Source: Vibrio vulnificus CMCP6 (lineage in GTDB: Bacteria > Pseudomonadota > Gammaproteobacteria > Enterobacterales > Vibrionaceae). Taken from it: a stretch of 32,000 bases of DNA. The stretch lies in assembly GCF_000039765.1 (NCBI RefSeq), contig NC_004460.2, positions 1,590,001 through 1,622,000 on the forward strand, in the 5' to 3' direction. The translations under genes were made by a program, and so were the position numbers. The notes beneath the pieces were generated by a model. That model was not told where the DNA came from. It ran no database searches and saw only the letters and a program-made list of their open reading frames with translations. Positions 7,826 through 17,153 of this stretch are shown in pieces. Numbering within the stretch: position 1 is the first letter of the stretch; each line of letters begins with the position of its first letter.

Positions 7826-9025
7826 ATGAAAAAGAAAATAATACTGTCCGCACTCTGTACTTTAGCGCTTGTTGGCTGCCAGTCTGAAGAGACAAAAGTG
7901 ACCAACATCTCTAATGAGAAAGCGGAAGATATCGTCAATACCAAACGTGAGCTTGCCAAGCAACTGGGCGAAAACTACAGCTCGGTTGAATCCACGCTTC
8001 GTCAAAACATCAACGCTCAGCAACTCAATGTTCCCATCTCCACTTTGGTTGAGCAGAAACCACAGGCACAAATGAGCCGACGTTTCGTTCAAGCCGATGA
8101 ACAAATTCGAACATGGAAAGGCGTGAGTGAGTACACCGACGAGCTGCTTGAAGTTCGCCTTGCCAATGAAGCGATGCTCGCGGCTTGGCAGAAAGGGGAC
8201 GTTTCACCATTGTTTGCTTTTGAACCAAGTGGTGATGATGAGCTTTGGCAGTACATTGAAGCATTTGATATCAACGGCCAGATCCACCAATTGGATGTTT
8301 ACAACATGCCTGATGTGCCAGTCATTGTTGTCGATAACAACAGTACAAAAGAGCTTAAAGCAGGCCTACAAGCTATGCAGGCGGAGATGAAACGCTTAGG
8401 TCAACCTACGCAGATTCAGCCTTATGTGGTGGAAAAAGAACGCGATGCAGCCCCTCGCATGGCACCGCAGTACAACCTTTCTGCAGAAACGACCGCGCCA
8501 ATCCAAACCACACAGCTGAAGAAAATCCGCTTATCTGATGACCAAGAGCCTTGGATCTCAGGCAAAGCAGAGATCTATGCCATTGTGACGGGGGTGAATC
8601 CGAGTCGAGATGAGCCAGCGTTGGATCTTGTGGAGATGCCTTATCTGGATTATGACAACAAAGATTATTACCCCAATCAAATTGTGATCCATTGGTCCCG
8701 CTATCGCTGGGGTGCCGCGGATATGGTGTTGATGGAACAAGATGATGGCACGGATTACAAACAGTTAGCTAAGTTACTGGTCCAGGTGGCAGAAGAAGTG
8801 TTGAAAGCGATTCCTGATCCAGAAGTGCAGGCGTACGCGATAATCCCGCAGATCACCAATAAAATTATTGATGCGATCCCCGATGGCGTCCTAACCAACG
8901 ATGATGACTTTGTCGACGTGTACTACACGCTCATGCAAGATACGTCATATGTGGATCACCCAGGTGCTGGGGTCAATGCGGTGGTGACGTTGGAGCCTTT
9001 GACGATTAATCCAACACGCCCGTAG
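7826..9025 (+). CDS. Uncharacterised lipoprotein (possibly DUF3103-like; family assignment unverified)
   Basis: An internal ATG at 7826 is preceded by AGAAGGA and gives a lipoprotein signal MKKKIILSALCTLALVG/C (lipobox LVGC). It is a long ORF with normal composition. I recognise no catalytic motif. Confidence 0.7.
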   Translation: MKKKIILSALCTLALVGCQSEETKVTNISNEKAEDIVNTKRELAKQLGENYSSVESTLRQNINAQQLNVPISTLVEQKPQAQMSRRFVQADEQIRTWKGVSEYTDELLEVRLANEAMLAAWQKGDVSPLFAFEPSGDDELWQYIEAFDINGQIHQLDVYNMPDVPVIVVDNNSTKELKAGLQAMQAEMKRLGQPTQIQPYVVEKERDAAPRMAPQYNLSAETTAPIQTTQLKKIRLSDDQEPWISGKAEIYAIVTGVNPSRDEPALDLVEMPYLDYDNKDYYPNQIVIHWSRYRWGAADMVLMEQDDGTDYKQLAKLLVQVAEEVLKAIPDPEVQAYAIIPQITNKIIDAIPDGVLTNDDDFVDVYYTLMQDTSYVDHPGAGVNAVVTLEPLTINPTRP

Positions 9026-9050
9026 TTCTTAAGTAAGAAAATCTCAGGTA

Positions 9051-9088
9051 AGAAAAAGTAAAAAGGCCGAGTTCAGTTGAACTCGGCC
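9051..9088 (-). terminator. Strong hairpin with a T-run on the minus strand only
   Basis: GGCCGAGTTC / GAACTCGGCC form a 10-bp stem (9065-9088). On the minus strand it is followed by TTTTTACTTTTTCT. On the plus strand it is followed by AATTCC, so it is a poor plus-strand terminator for the lipoprotein gene. Confidence 0.55.
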
Positions 9089-9235
9089 AATTCCAGACGC
9101 GCAAGCGAAAGCGTCGTAAATCTGCATCACATTGGATATGCATGCAATTTAAAAGCTTTTTCCTTTAGGTGTAAATACTTTAAGACAAGCTTTCATAATA
9201 ATTTCATATTTCCTGAACTAAAGTCTTAGTTCTTA

Positions 9236-9266
9236 TGCATAAAAATAGCGCATTAGATGCGCTATT
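9236..9266 (-). terminator. Rho-independent terminator of ybjQ
   Basis: AATAGCGCAT / ATGCGCTATT form a 10-bp stem (9244-9266), 8 nt after the ybjQ stop, followed on the minus strand by TTTTT. Confidence 0.7.
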
Positions 9267-9274
9267 ATGAATTT

Positions 9275-9595
9275 CTATTCTATAACGACGGCCGTACCAC
9301 TGGCTGAAACCATCAGCATGCCATTGCTCTGTCCCAAGACTTCATAGTCGATATCAACACCGACGATCGCATTGGCACCCAACTCACGAGCTTTTTGTTC
9401 CAGCTCTTGAAAAGCAATCGTTCTTGCTCTTTCCAACTCGCGTTCATACGTACCAGAACGTCCACCAACCATGTCTCGAATTCCGGCAAAGAGATCTTTA
9501 AACAGGTTCGCACCCAAAATGGCTTCTCCTGCAATAACGCCTTTGTAAGCGATGATTTTTTTGCCTTCGATATGTTGAGTCGTTGTAACGATCAT
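9275..9595 (-). CDS. ybjQ: YbjQ/UPF0145 family protein (heavy-metal-binding-like domain)
   Basis: [14 protein letters not shown]...[14 protein letters not shown]...[12 protein letters not shown] is the conserved YbjQ pattern. I started it at the internal ATG (codon 16 of the track ORF), giving the usual ~106 aa. Confidence 0.85.
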
Positions 9596-9697
9596 ATTTG
9601 TCACCCTCTTTTGGTTAAAAATGCAATGTAAAGTATTCACTGAGGGAATGGTTTTAATCTAACTTGCGTCTTGACGCATGGCAAGCCGGAATTTTTC

Positions 9698-10588
9698 TCA
9701 TTTTGGTATGAAGTCATTCCTGATCCAATTGCGCAGCGTTAAAACACTTTCGTTTTTGAGTTTGCTAGGATGGCACACCCAATAGAAAGCGAGATCAGGA
9801 TTCACCACACTCGGGCCTACTTGCGTGAGCAGCCCGGCATCAATGTCATCTTTGACGAACAGTTTATGGGTCACTAGCACGCCCAATCGTCTTATGGTTG
9901 CTTGAACCGCCTGAACCGAAACTAAAAACTGCAAATGCTTATCGGTTTTAGGTAGTGGGAACTGCTGTGCTTGGCACCAAATATCCCAATCGTTTTTTCT
10001 CCGCTCATTCGTTACGGTGATGATGCGCGATTGGGCCAGCAGCTCGGGCACAGAAGGCTGATGAGCAAGTAACTCAGGGCTACAAACCAGAATCAGTTCA
10101 TCGTCACTGAGTTTTTCACAGTAGTAATCTTGCCATTCATCAGGGCTACCATGGACCAGTGCTACGTCGACCCCTTGTTGCTCAAGATGAAAAATGCCCG
10201 TCAAATTGGAGAGCCGAACATCCAAGTTGGGCGCAAATTGTTGTAAGTCATCCAAACGTGGGATCCACCAGTGCAGAGCGAGGGAGTTCACCATGTTGAG
10301 AGTTATTCGTCCTATGTCATTGGACTGCGCCAACTCTTCGGTTGCTTTAACGATCTGCTCTAGTGCTGGCGCGACTTGTTTGTAATATTTCTTACCATGA
10401 TTGTTTAACTGAACGTGCCGCCCCACTCTTTCAAACAGTGGCCGATTGACTTGAGTTTCTAGTGATTTTACCGCTTGGCTGATTGCAGAATGGCTAACAT
10501 GAAGCAGATTGGCCGCTTCGGTCATACTGCCCGTTTCCGCCACCGCGACAAAAGCATAGAGAGATTTGAGTGGCACTTGTTTTCTCAT
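9698..10588 (-). CDS. LysR-family transcriptional regulator
   Basis: N-terminal wHTH LKSLYAFVAVAETGSMTEAANLLHVSHSAISQAVKSLE plus a LysR substrate-binding domain. It is divergent from the EamA transporter gene. Confidence 0.85.
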   Translation of the reverse strand: MRKQVPLKSLYAFVAVAETGSMTEAANLLHVSHSAISQAVKSLETQVNRPLFERVGRHVQLNNHGKKYYKQVAPALEQIVKATEELAQSNDIGRITLNMVNSLALHWWIPRLDDLQQFAPNLDVRLSNLTGIFHLEQQGVDVALVHGSPDEWQDYYCEKLSDDELILVCSPELLAHQPSVPELLAQSRIITVTNERRKNDWDIWCQAQQFPLPKTDKHLQFLVSVQAVQATIRRLGVLVTHKLFVKDDIDAGLLTQVGPSVVNPDLAFYWVCHPSKLKNESVLTLRNWIRNDFIPK

Positions 10589-10678
10589 GTTAGTTTTCCT
10601 TACAGATATGGTCAGTATTACTCGCTATTTTCACCCCGCATATCCGCCTAAAATGAGCGGGTAATGAGGAGTAGTGAA

Positions 10679-11602
10679 ATGCACACATTAGACAAATCTA
10701 TCTTATATATGCTCCTGTCGACATTGAGTTTATCGGTGACAGGTCTGATTTCCAAATATTTAGTCGATATTGTTCCCATCGAATGGTTTAGCTTTCTGCG
10801 CTTTGCTTTGCCAGCCGCTTTACTATTGGCTCTGTTAAGAATAACTAAAATAAAAATGCCAAATAAGGCGGAAATGAAACCCTTGCTCGGCCGCGCACTG
10901 TGTATTGCCCTCTGCCAACTCTTTTTCCTTTGGTCGCTTCAACATCTCAGTTTGGTGGAAAGCGTGGTGCTCTTTGCCACAGGCCCATTGTTTATGCCGT
11001 TGCTTGAGCGTCTCTTTTTCAAAACTAGTGTGTCGAAACTGACAATAGCGGCGTTGGTGGCGACGTTTGTCGGCGTAATACTATTGGCAGGGAAAGAAGG
11101 GGAGTTCTCATTAAGGCTCGAATTGCTGGCAGGTTTGGCTGGGGGAGTGTTCAACTCGGGCTCTCAACTGACGCTCTATCGAGCCAGTAAGAGCTCGCTG
11201 TCACCCAAGGAGATTAACTTCTGGACATTCAGTTTTGCCGCCTTGTTGCTCCTGCCTGTTTTGGCGTTTGTCGATATCGCAGCGCCAGAGGCAACATCAA
11301 CGCTGCAAACTTGGCTCAGTGCGCCCGTGGCTATCGCCTTGCTGACGATTTCTTGTTTGATCATCAATACCCAAGTGAACAGAGCTAAAGCGTACCGGTT
11401 AGCGAGCAGCGGCTCTCAGTTAGCACCATTGATTTTTACCAACTTACTGTTTACCTCGGCTTGGCAATGGCTGTTTTTTGATGAGTCGTTTTCTCTTTGG
11501 CAAATCACCGGTTTGGGATTGATCATTTTCGCCACCATGCTCAACGTACTGTGGCCGATGATCATGTCGCGTCCTCCGTTTCTAAAACAGAGGCAGGCGT
11601 AA
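10679..11602 (+). CDS. DMT/EamA-family transporter (10 TM)
   Basis: Hydrophobic throughout, with two EamA-like halves. I prefer ATG 10679 (AGGAG 7 nt upstream) over ATG 10664; the start remains ambiguous. Confidence 0.75.
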   Translation: MHTLDKSILYMLLSTLSLSVTGLISKYLVDIVPIEWFSFLRFALPAALLLALLRITKIKMPNKAEMKPLLGRALCIALCQLFFLWSLQHLSLVESVVLFATGPLFMPLLERLFFKTSVSKLTIAALVATFVGVILLAGKEGEFSLRLELLAGLAGGVFNSGSQLTLYRASKSSLSPKEINFWTFSFAALLLLPVLAFVDIAAPEATSTLQTWLSAPVAIALLTISCLIINTQVNRAKAYRLASSGSQLAPLIFTNLLFTSAWQWLFFDESFSLWQITGLGLIIFATMLNVLWPMIMSRPPFLKQRQA

Positions 11603-11604
11603 TA

Positions 11605-14484
11605 TCAGAACTGGTTGCGCATGTAGTTTTTCACCCGCTCAATGTGCGATTCTCGGTCTATCTCAGACAACTGGCTGCGGTTAACAAATGCGCTGGCGTA
11701 TTTCTGGTCCACTTTTTGGATCAGGAACAAGAGATAGATCTTAGGATCAATGTGCCCTGATGTTGCCATATTGGTCATGATCTCCAGCGATTCTGCTAAT
11801 GTCTTGCCTTTCTTGTAAGGGCGATCCGCTGAGGTGAGCGCTTCAAAGACATCCGCAATGGCCATAATACGTGCGGGTACGGAGAGCTCTTCCTCATGAA
11901 GACCGAGTGGGTAGCCTTTACCATCCATTCGCTCATGGTGCCCCCCGGCGATTTCAGGGATGTTTTTTAAATGCTCAGGGTAAGGTAGGCGATTAAGCAT
12001 AATCTGCGTCTGGATGATGTGATCATTAATGATAAAGCGCTCTTCATCCGTAAGCGTGCCGTAGCGCACCGTCAGGTTATGCAGCTCGCCACGATCGTAC
12101 TTGTACTCTCCCGGCTTGAGTACATACGCTTGCTGCCAGTGTTGGCTTGGGTGGAATCCTGCTTCCCATGGCACTTTGTGCACATCTTTATCTGCCAGCA
12201 ATGGCTCCATCACGGGTAATTCAGGTTTGTTGCGGTGCCGTTGCTGTTCAATCCAAGAAACGCCCAGTTGATCATCAAGCGTTCGCTTCCACTGGCGCTG
12301 GGCAATCGCGTTGAGTTTTTCAATATCGGCTTCGGCCATTGACTCCCCCCCCGCATTACAACGGGCCACAAAAGCAAATTCGTCATCCAACTGACGATGG
12401 AGCATCGTGAGGTGTGCTTTTGCCGCATCGGGATCTTCCCCTTGGCTGCGTGCACGCCAATAGTCCACTTCCCCTTGCAGTTTGAGTAATTCAAAACGCA
12501 TACGAACTTCATGAATACGATCGTAAATGGTTTCCAGTTTTGTTGCTTTATCCACCACGTATTCTGGTGTGGTGACCTTGCCACAGTCGTGCATCCATGC
12601 CGCTAGTCTGATTTCTTCCCATTGTTTGGCATTTACCTTAAAGCTAGGGAAGTATTTGTTGTCTTTCTCCACCACTTCCGTCAGCCAAGTCACTAACTGT
12701 GGAACGCGTTGACAATGCCCGCCAGTGTAGGGCGATTTGGTATCGATCGCGGAGGCAATGAGCTCGATGAAGGCGTTGAGCATCTCTTTTTGTTGTTGCA
12801 TTTGGTCAATATTGTCTTTAGCGATTTCGGCAAAACTGAGCAGCTCACGTAAGAATGCGTGCTTGGCGAGCTGTGTTTCACTGGGTGGGCGCTCGTAGCC
12901 TACCGTGACAATGCCAACCAATTGTTTTTCACGATTGAGGAGCGGGAAAAGAAAAATATCCGAGTTAAAAATCGTGTCCTGATGGCGTTTTAACGCATTG
13001 GTGGTGCGATCAAGATGGATAGTATCGCCCTCCTTGAGTTGTGCCATCAACCAAGGGGTTTCATTGACGAAATCATTGATGTCGACCTTGAATGGGATGA
13101 TGGCGTGATTGGCGGCCAAAATCAGCTTTTTCTCTTCTTCCGACTGAATGTAGAGCAAGATGGTTTCAGCTTTGGTCACCAAATACGCTTGGTGCGCAAT
13201 GGTTTTGGCTAACACTTCAAACTCTTGATTACCAGCAGTATCACGTAATAATCGCAATAAATCGTGCAGCGTGTGTTCCATCAACTCGATGGAGCTGGTG
13301 AGGTTAGAGACCTCTTTGATCATGCTCTGAGGATAGCGTGTTTTCTTAAAGTTAAAGCGTGCGATGTTGTCTGTCAGATACACAAGATTGATCAGGGGCT
13401 TTGAAAGCCGATTGGCCACTAGCCACACCACACAAAAACAGATGGCAAGTAGAAGAATCGCCGTGAGCACCTGTTTGTCACGCATCGAGAGTAGATCCGC
13501 CAAGATCTCATCGGTGGGTGAGGCTTCCGCCAGTGAAAGCTGCACTTTGTCAGTGAGAAAAACCGGCGTCATGGTGATTGACCAATCCAAGCCGTTGAAG
13601 GTGGCGGTTTCAAATAGGGTGGTCGGGTAGCCAACTTTAGCAAGCAGCGAGGCAAAAATACTGGTTTTAAGCGCTTGTTGCTGTTCGCTGACATCGGCTT
13701 GAATGTCTATGCCAACTTGGTGCTGAGCCAGTAAACGTCCCTCTTTATCGAGCAAGGCAAGGCGAGTTCGATCTGAATAAGCGAGCTGTTCAAGCTGGTT
13801 TGATAAGGTGGCCAAAGTGAAGTCGGCTCCCACCACATATTGCCCATTCACCGAGCGTCGAGAAAGCGTCACCCCGTTGGTTTTCAGAAAGTAAAAAAAA
13901 TATGGCTCTGTCAGTCTGATCTCGCCGTCCATTTCGGCGTTGATAAACCAAGGTCTCACTCGAGGATCAAATGTGTTGTCATTGGTCTTTTTGTAGTCGA
14001 TTCGTTCAAACTGGCTGTCGAGAAAGATGAACTCATTGGTGCCATCCACATGGGTATTGTTAATCAGGAAAAGCGCGTTCGCTGGAGCGGAAAAACTTTG
14101 GCGGATGGTGGGCGAATTCAGCATACGATATTGGGTGAAAGTCCCGCTTTCAGATGCGTGATACAGTGCGACCAAATTGGGATTTTCTTCAAAAATATGG
14201 GCCAGAGCGCTTAACCACGGCTTTAGCTTGTTCTCGTTGTTGTATTCATCAAGAAAAGCACTCACGGCCATAAAATCCAACGTGGTTAAAATTGGACCCA
14301 CAGAGGTTTGAAACGCCGATTCCAGTTTGTGAGCGTGCTCGTTACTCAACCCTTCGGCACTTTTGGTCAACAAGGTTTGCGAGTGGTTATAGCTAATGGT
14401 GATCAGAACAATACCAACAACCGTTGTCAGCACTAAAAACAGACTCGTGATATGAATACTCAGCGGGTAACGTTGTTTCTTCAT
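11605..14484 (-). CDS. Membrane c-di-GMP phosphodiesterase candidate: Cache-like periplasmic domain, HAMP, GAF-like region, HD-GYP
   Basis: TM, then a ~300-aa periplasmic region with Cache-type DPRVRPWF...TEPY...G..VVGADF, then TM and HAMP. The HD motif is AAWMHDCGK and the GYP motif is HHERMDGKGYPLGL. I chose ATG 14482-14484 (GGAG upstream) over the TTG at 14514. Confidence 0.85.
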   Translation of the reverse strand: MKKQRYPLSIHITSLFLVLTTVVGIVLITISYNHSQTLLTKSAEGLSNEHAHKLESAFQTSVGPILTTLDFMAVSAFLDEYNNENKLKPWLSALAHIFEENPNLVALYHASESGTFTQYRMLNSPTIRQSFSAPANALFLINNTHVDGTNEFIFLDSQFERIDYKKTNDNTFDPRVRPWFINAEMDGEIRLTEPYFFYFLKTNGVTLSRRSVNGQYVVGADFTLATLSNQLEQLAYSDRTRLALLDKEGRLLAQHQVGIDIQADVSEQQQALKTSIFASLLAKVGYPTTLFETATFNGLDWSITMTPVFLTDKVQLSLAEASPTDEILADLLSMRDKQVLTAILLLAICFCVVWLVANRLSKPLINLVYLTDNIARFNFKKTRYPQSMIKEVSNLTSSIELMEHTLHDLLRLLRDTAGNQEFEVLAKTIAHQAYLVTKAETILLYIQSEEEKKLILAANHAIIPFKVDINDFVNETPWLMAQLKEGDTIHLDRTTNALKRHQDTIFNSDIFLFPLLNREKQLVGIVTVGYERPPSETQLAKHAFLRELLSFAEIAKDNIDQMQQQKEMLNAFIELIASAIDTKSPYTGGHCQRVPQLVTWLTEVVEKDNKYFPSFKVNAKQWEEIRLAAWMHDCGKVTTPEYVVDKATKLETIYDRIHEVRMRFELLKLQGEVDYWRARSQGEDPDAAKAHLTMLHRQLDDEFAFVARCNAGGESMAEADIEKLNAIAQRQWKRTLDDQLGVSWIEQQRHRNKPELPVMEPLLADKDVHKVPWEAGFHPSQHWQQAYVLKPGEYKYDRGELHNLTVRYGTLTDEERFIINDHIIQTQIMLNRLPYPEHLKNIPEIAGGHHERMDGKGYPLGLHEEELSVPARIMAIADVFEALTSADRPYKKGKTLAESLEIMTNMATSGHIDPKIYLLFLIQKVDQKYASAFVNRSQLSEIDRESHIERVKNYMRNQF

Positions 14485-14676
14485 GAGCGCTCCAGGTTCG
14501 CGTCTTCGTTTCAATCCTTGTCACCAAACAACCACTCGGTGTTGTGGGCGAAATCGAGAGATCGCGCCTACTTTGGATAAGTATTGTCGAAATTATGCCG
14601 CTTGCCAAAAAATAACTGGTTGATTTTTAGCCTGTATAGGCTAGCGTGTTAACTAAACAAGCAGGGAGGCTAGAGT

Positions 14677-15117
14677 ATGCTGACATTGAATTATCATGTT
14701 GAAATCGACGCGACACCGGAGAAAGTGTGGCAAGTGCTGACGGATCTTGAACTGTATAAACAGTGGGCGACAGCGTTTTCTCCTCACTCGCAATTTGACG
14801 GTGTCTGGCAAGAAGGGGAAGACATCAAGTTCTTTGACCCAGACATGGGAGGCACGCGTGCGGTGATTGACGCGATTGAACCGCAGCAGCGGATCGAACT
14901 TCATCATGTTGCCATCTTTAACCCTGAGCATATTCAAGACATAGACAGCGATGTTGCCATGAAATGGATTGGCTCGACGGAAAGTTATCAGCTGCGCCCC
15001 AAGGATGACAAACTGCTGTTGATGGTGACGATCACCACGCACAGCGATTTTGTTTCCATGTTCAATCATGGTTGGGAAAAGGCGCTGCCCCTGATAAAAG
15101 CGCTGAGTGAAGAGTAA
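14677..15117 (+). CDS. SRPBCC/AHSA1-like (START-fold) domain protein
   Basis: A GGGAGG Shine-Dalgarno precedes the ATG. The N-terminal pattern IDATPEKVWQVLTD...W is typical of SRPBCC proteins, and the size is 146 aa. Confidence 0.7.
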   Translation: MLTLNYHVEIDATPEKVWQVLTDLELYKQWATAFSPHSQFDGVWQEGEDIKFFDPDMGGTRAVIDAIEPQQRIELHHVAIFNPEHIQDIDSDVAMKWIGSTESYQLRPKDDKLLLMVTITTHSDFVSMFNHGWEKALPLIKALSEE

Positions 15118-15199
15118 ACTTATTTCACATCAGATCGTTGCACTACGAAGTGTCGTACAATGTCGATGTCAATCCGATTAAGTGAATTAGAGAAGTGAA

Positions 15200-15949
15200 A
15201 TGGAACTGAAGATCGACACGCACAGTCATACTTATGCCAGTGGCCACGCCTATAGCACGCTGATTGAAAATGCGCGTAGCGCAAAAGAAAACGGCTTGGC
15301 CATGTTTTGTACCACCGACCACGCAGAATCCATGCCAGGCGCGCCTCACTATTGGTTTTTCGCCAACCAGCGTGTATTGCCTCGTTTCCTCGAAGGCGTG
15401 GCGATTTTACGTGGCGTGGAAGCCAATATTCTCAATACCGAAGGCGAGATTGACCTCCCTCTTAGCGTAGACCCCAACTTGGATTGGGCGATCGCCAGTT
15501 TCCACGAGCCTGTTTTTGCGCCGTCCAACAAAGAAGCGCACACCCAAGCATTGCTCAATGTGATTCAAGGTGGCCGAATCGATGCATTAGGGCATTTAGG
15601 TAATCCCCATTTTGACTTTGATTTTCATGCCGTACTGCACTGTGCCAAAGATCATAACGTGGCCATTGAGATCAATAACTCCACTCTGAAAGGGCACAGC
15701 CGAGTCGGCAGTGTGGAGCGTTGCTACGAGATTGCACGCGTAGGCAAAGCCCTTGGCGTCTATTTTACCACGGGCAGTGATGCACACTTTTGTCAGGATG
15801 TTGGCAAGTTGGATCTCGCTAGCGAGCTACTGGACTCCGTCGGTATTGATTCACATCGTGTGATTACACATAGCCCATCGCAATTTCTCGATTTTCTTGA
15901 GTTAAGGGGCAGGGGGCCTATCGACGAGTTGGCGTCATTACGTCAGTGA
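15200..15949 (+). CDS. ycdX: PHP-domain phosphatase YcdX
   Basis: Aligns by eye along its full length with E. coli YcdX ([68 protein letters not shown]). Confidence 0.85.
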   Translation: MELKIDTHSHTYASGHAYSTLIENARSAKENGLAMFCTTDHAESMPGAPHYWFFANQRVLPRFLEGVAILRGVEANILNTEGEIDLPLSVDPNLDWAIASFHEPVFAPSNKEAHTQALLNVIQGGRIDALGHLGNPHFDFDFHAVLHCAKDHNVAIEINNSTLKGHSRVGSVERCYEIARVGKALGVYFTTGSDAHFCQDVGKLDLASELLDSVGIDSHRVITHSPSQFLDFLELRGRGPIDELASLRQ

Positions 15950-16034
15950 TCTTTACAATTTCTTTACCCTATTTTCAGACTTCATAGAGTACACTTGCTG
16001 CGGAAAAATAAAGACAACAAAACTCGGAGAAGTA

Positions 16035-16436
16035 ATGAAGTTAAGTAAAGTATTGTTAGGCTCAGCATTGGTGATGGTCTCTTTTACTGGCTTGGCCAAC
16101 CAAGAAAGCAAAGTGGATTTAAAAGCCAACATGAAAGAGATGAAGTTGGAATTTCGTCAAGCTGCGGAAGCTCAGGATATTGAGTCTATGCAAGCGGCTG
16201 TTAACCAATTGCGCTCGCTGGTGGAAAACTCAAAAACCGGCGAATACGCACCGGAGAAAAACGACTTGTATCATGAAGGTTTTAACAAGCTGACAGTGGC
16301 GCTTGATAAAGTGAATGGTGAGCTTGAACAGGGAAATCTTGAAGCTGCCAAGCAAGCTCTGGTTGAAGTGGATGAGTTGCGTAAAGAATACCACGAGAAG
16401 AAGAAAACCAGCATTTGGGGCAAATTGTTTGGTTAA
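16035..16436 (+). CDS. cybC: Periplasmic soluble cytochrome b562 family protein
   Basis: Has a signal peptide. The Met ligand context DLKANMKEM matches E. coli DLEDNMETL. The C-terminal HEGFNKL...EQGNLEAAKQAL...LRKEYHEKK matches HGFDIL...NEGKVKEAQAAA...TRNAYHQKY (His ligand). Confidence 0.8.
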   Translation: MKLSKVLLGSALVMVSFTGLANQESKVDLKANMKEMKLEFRQAAEAQDIESMQAAVNQLRSLVENSKTGEYAPEKNDLYHEGFNKLTVALDKVNGELEQGNLEAAKQALVEVDELRKEYHEKKKTSIWGKLFG

Positions 16437-16508
16437 GCCGATCTGCCAATCTCGATATTGAGTAAGTCAGCACTACGCTTACCATAATGTGAATCCGTTT
16501 TAGCAATA

Positions 16509-16546
16509 AAAGCCGCCTGACTACTCAAAGGCGGCTTTGTTGTTTT
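16509..16546 (+). terminator. Rho-independent terminator between convergent cybC and sodC
   Basis: AAAGCCGCCT / AGGCGGCTTT form a 10-bp stem followed by GTTGTTTT. The A-rich 5' flank may allow some function in the opposite direction. Confidence 0.75.
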
Positions 16547-16608
16547 GGCTCCTAAGATTCCCTGAGCCTAGAAGAATCTAAGGGCCATGTTGGGAGGCTA
16601 AGGCTGGG

Positions 16609-17121
16609 TTATTTGATCACACCACACACAATTCTGGCACCGCCGCCGCCCAGAGGCATTGGGTGATCAGAGTGATTGTCAGCCCCAGCATGGATCATCA
16701 GAGCGCGGCCTTGGACATCTTTTAACGCAACACGAGGGGCAAGCACTGGCTGTGACGCGTTACCTGATGCATCAGCAAACAGTGCTGGTAGATCGCCAAG
16801 GTGATTGTCTTCTGTCCATGGATAGCCGTGTTTGCCACTATTTTGCGGATCATAGTGTCCACCAGCCGCCCCTCCTAATACCACTTTGCCGTCTTTGTTG
16901 CTGCTCTCACAGCTTCCATTGGCGTGGAGATGAAAACCGTGCAGGCCACTAGGTAGCCCCTTAAGATCAGGAGTAAACACCGTTCCGTAGTCACTTGAAC
17001 TGATGGTCACGGTGCCGAGTGTTTGATTGCTGGATAAGTCCTTCATGTCAACGCTCAAACTCTGCGCAAATGAAGAGGTCGAATAAAGCAAAATGGCAGC
17101 AAGTAAGGTGTGTTTATTCAT
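16609..17121 (-). CDS. sodC: Periplasmic Cu/Zn superoxide dismutase
   Basis: Has a signal peptide plus [25 protein letters not shown] and HAGADNHSD...[12 protein letters not shown], the canonical SodC metal and disulfide motifs. Confidence 0.92.
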   Translation of the reverse strand: MNKHTLLAAILLYSTSSFAQSLSVDMKDLSSNQTLGTVTISSSDYGTVFTPDLKGLPSGLHGFHLHANGSCESSNKDGKVVLGGAAGGHYDPQNSGKHGYPWTEDNHLGDLPALFADASGNASQPVLAPRVALKDVQGRALMIHAGADNHSDHPMPLGGGGARIVCGVIK

Positions 17122-17153
17122 TATTTTCCTCCAGAGGAAATAGATGTTATAGG

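Noticed and set aside
13893-13900. An A8/T8 homopolymer inside the HD-GYP gene as a possible phase-variation tract
   Set aside because: It simply encodes Tyr-Phe-Phe-Tyr (TAT TTT TTT TAC) within an intact, conserved-looking Cache domain. Eight nt is short for efficient slippage, and the frame is intact.
14653-15069. A 138-aa minus-strand ORF almost fully overlapping the plus-strand 146-aa ORF
   Set aside because: The plus-strand ORF has a GGGAGG Shine-Dalgarno and an SRPBCC-like sequence. The minus-strand translation is His/Arg-rich with no recognisable fold, which is typical of an antisense shadow ORF.
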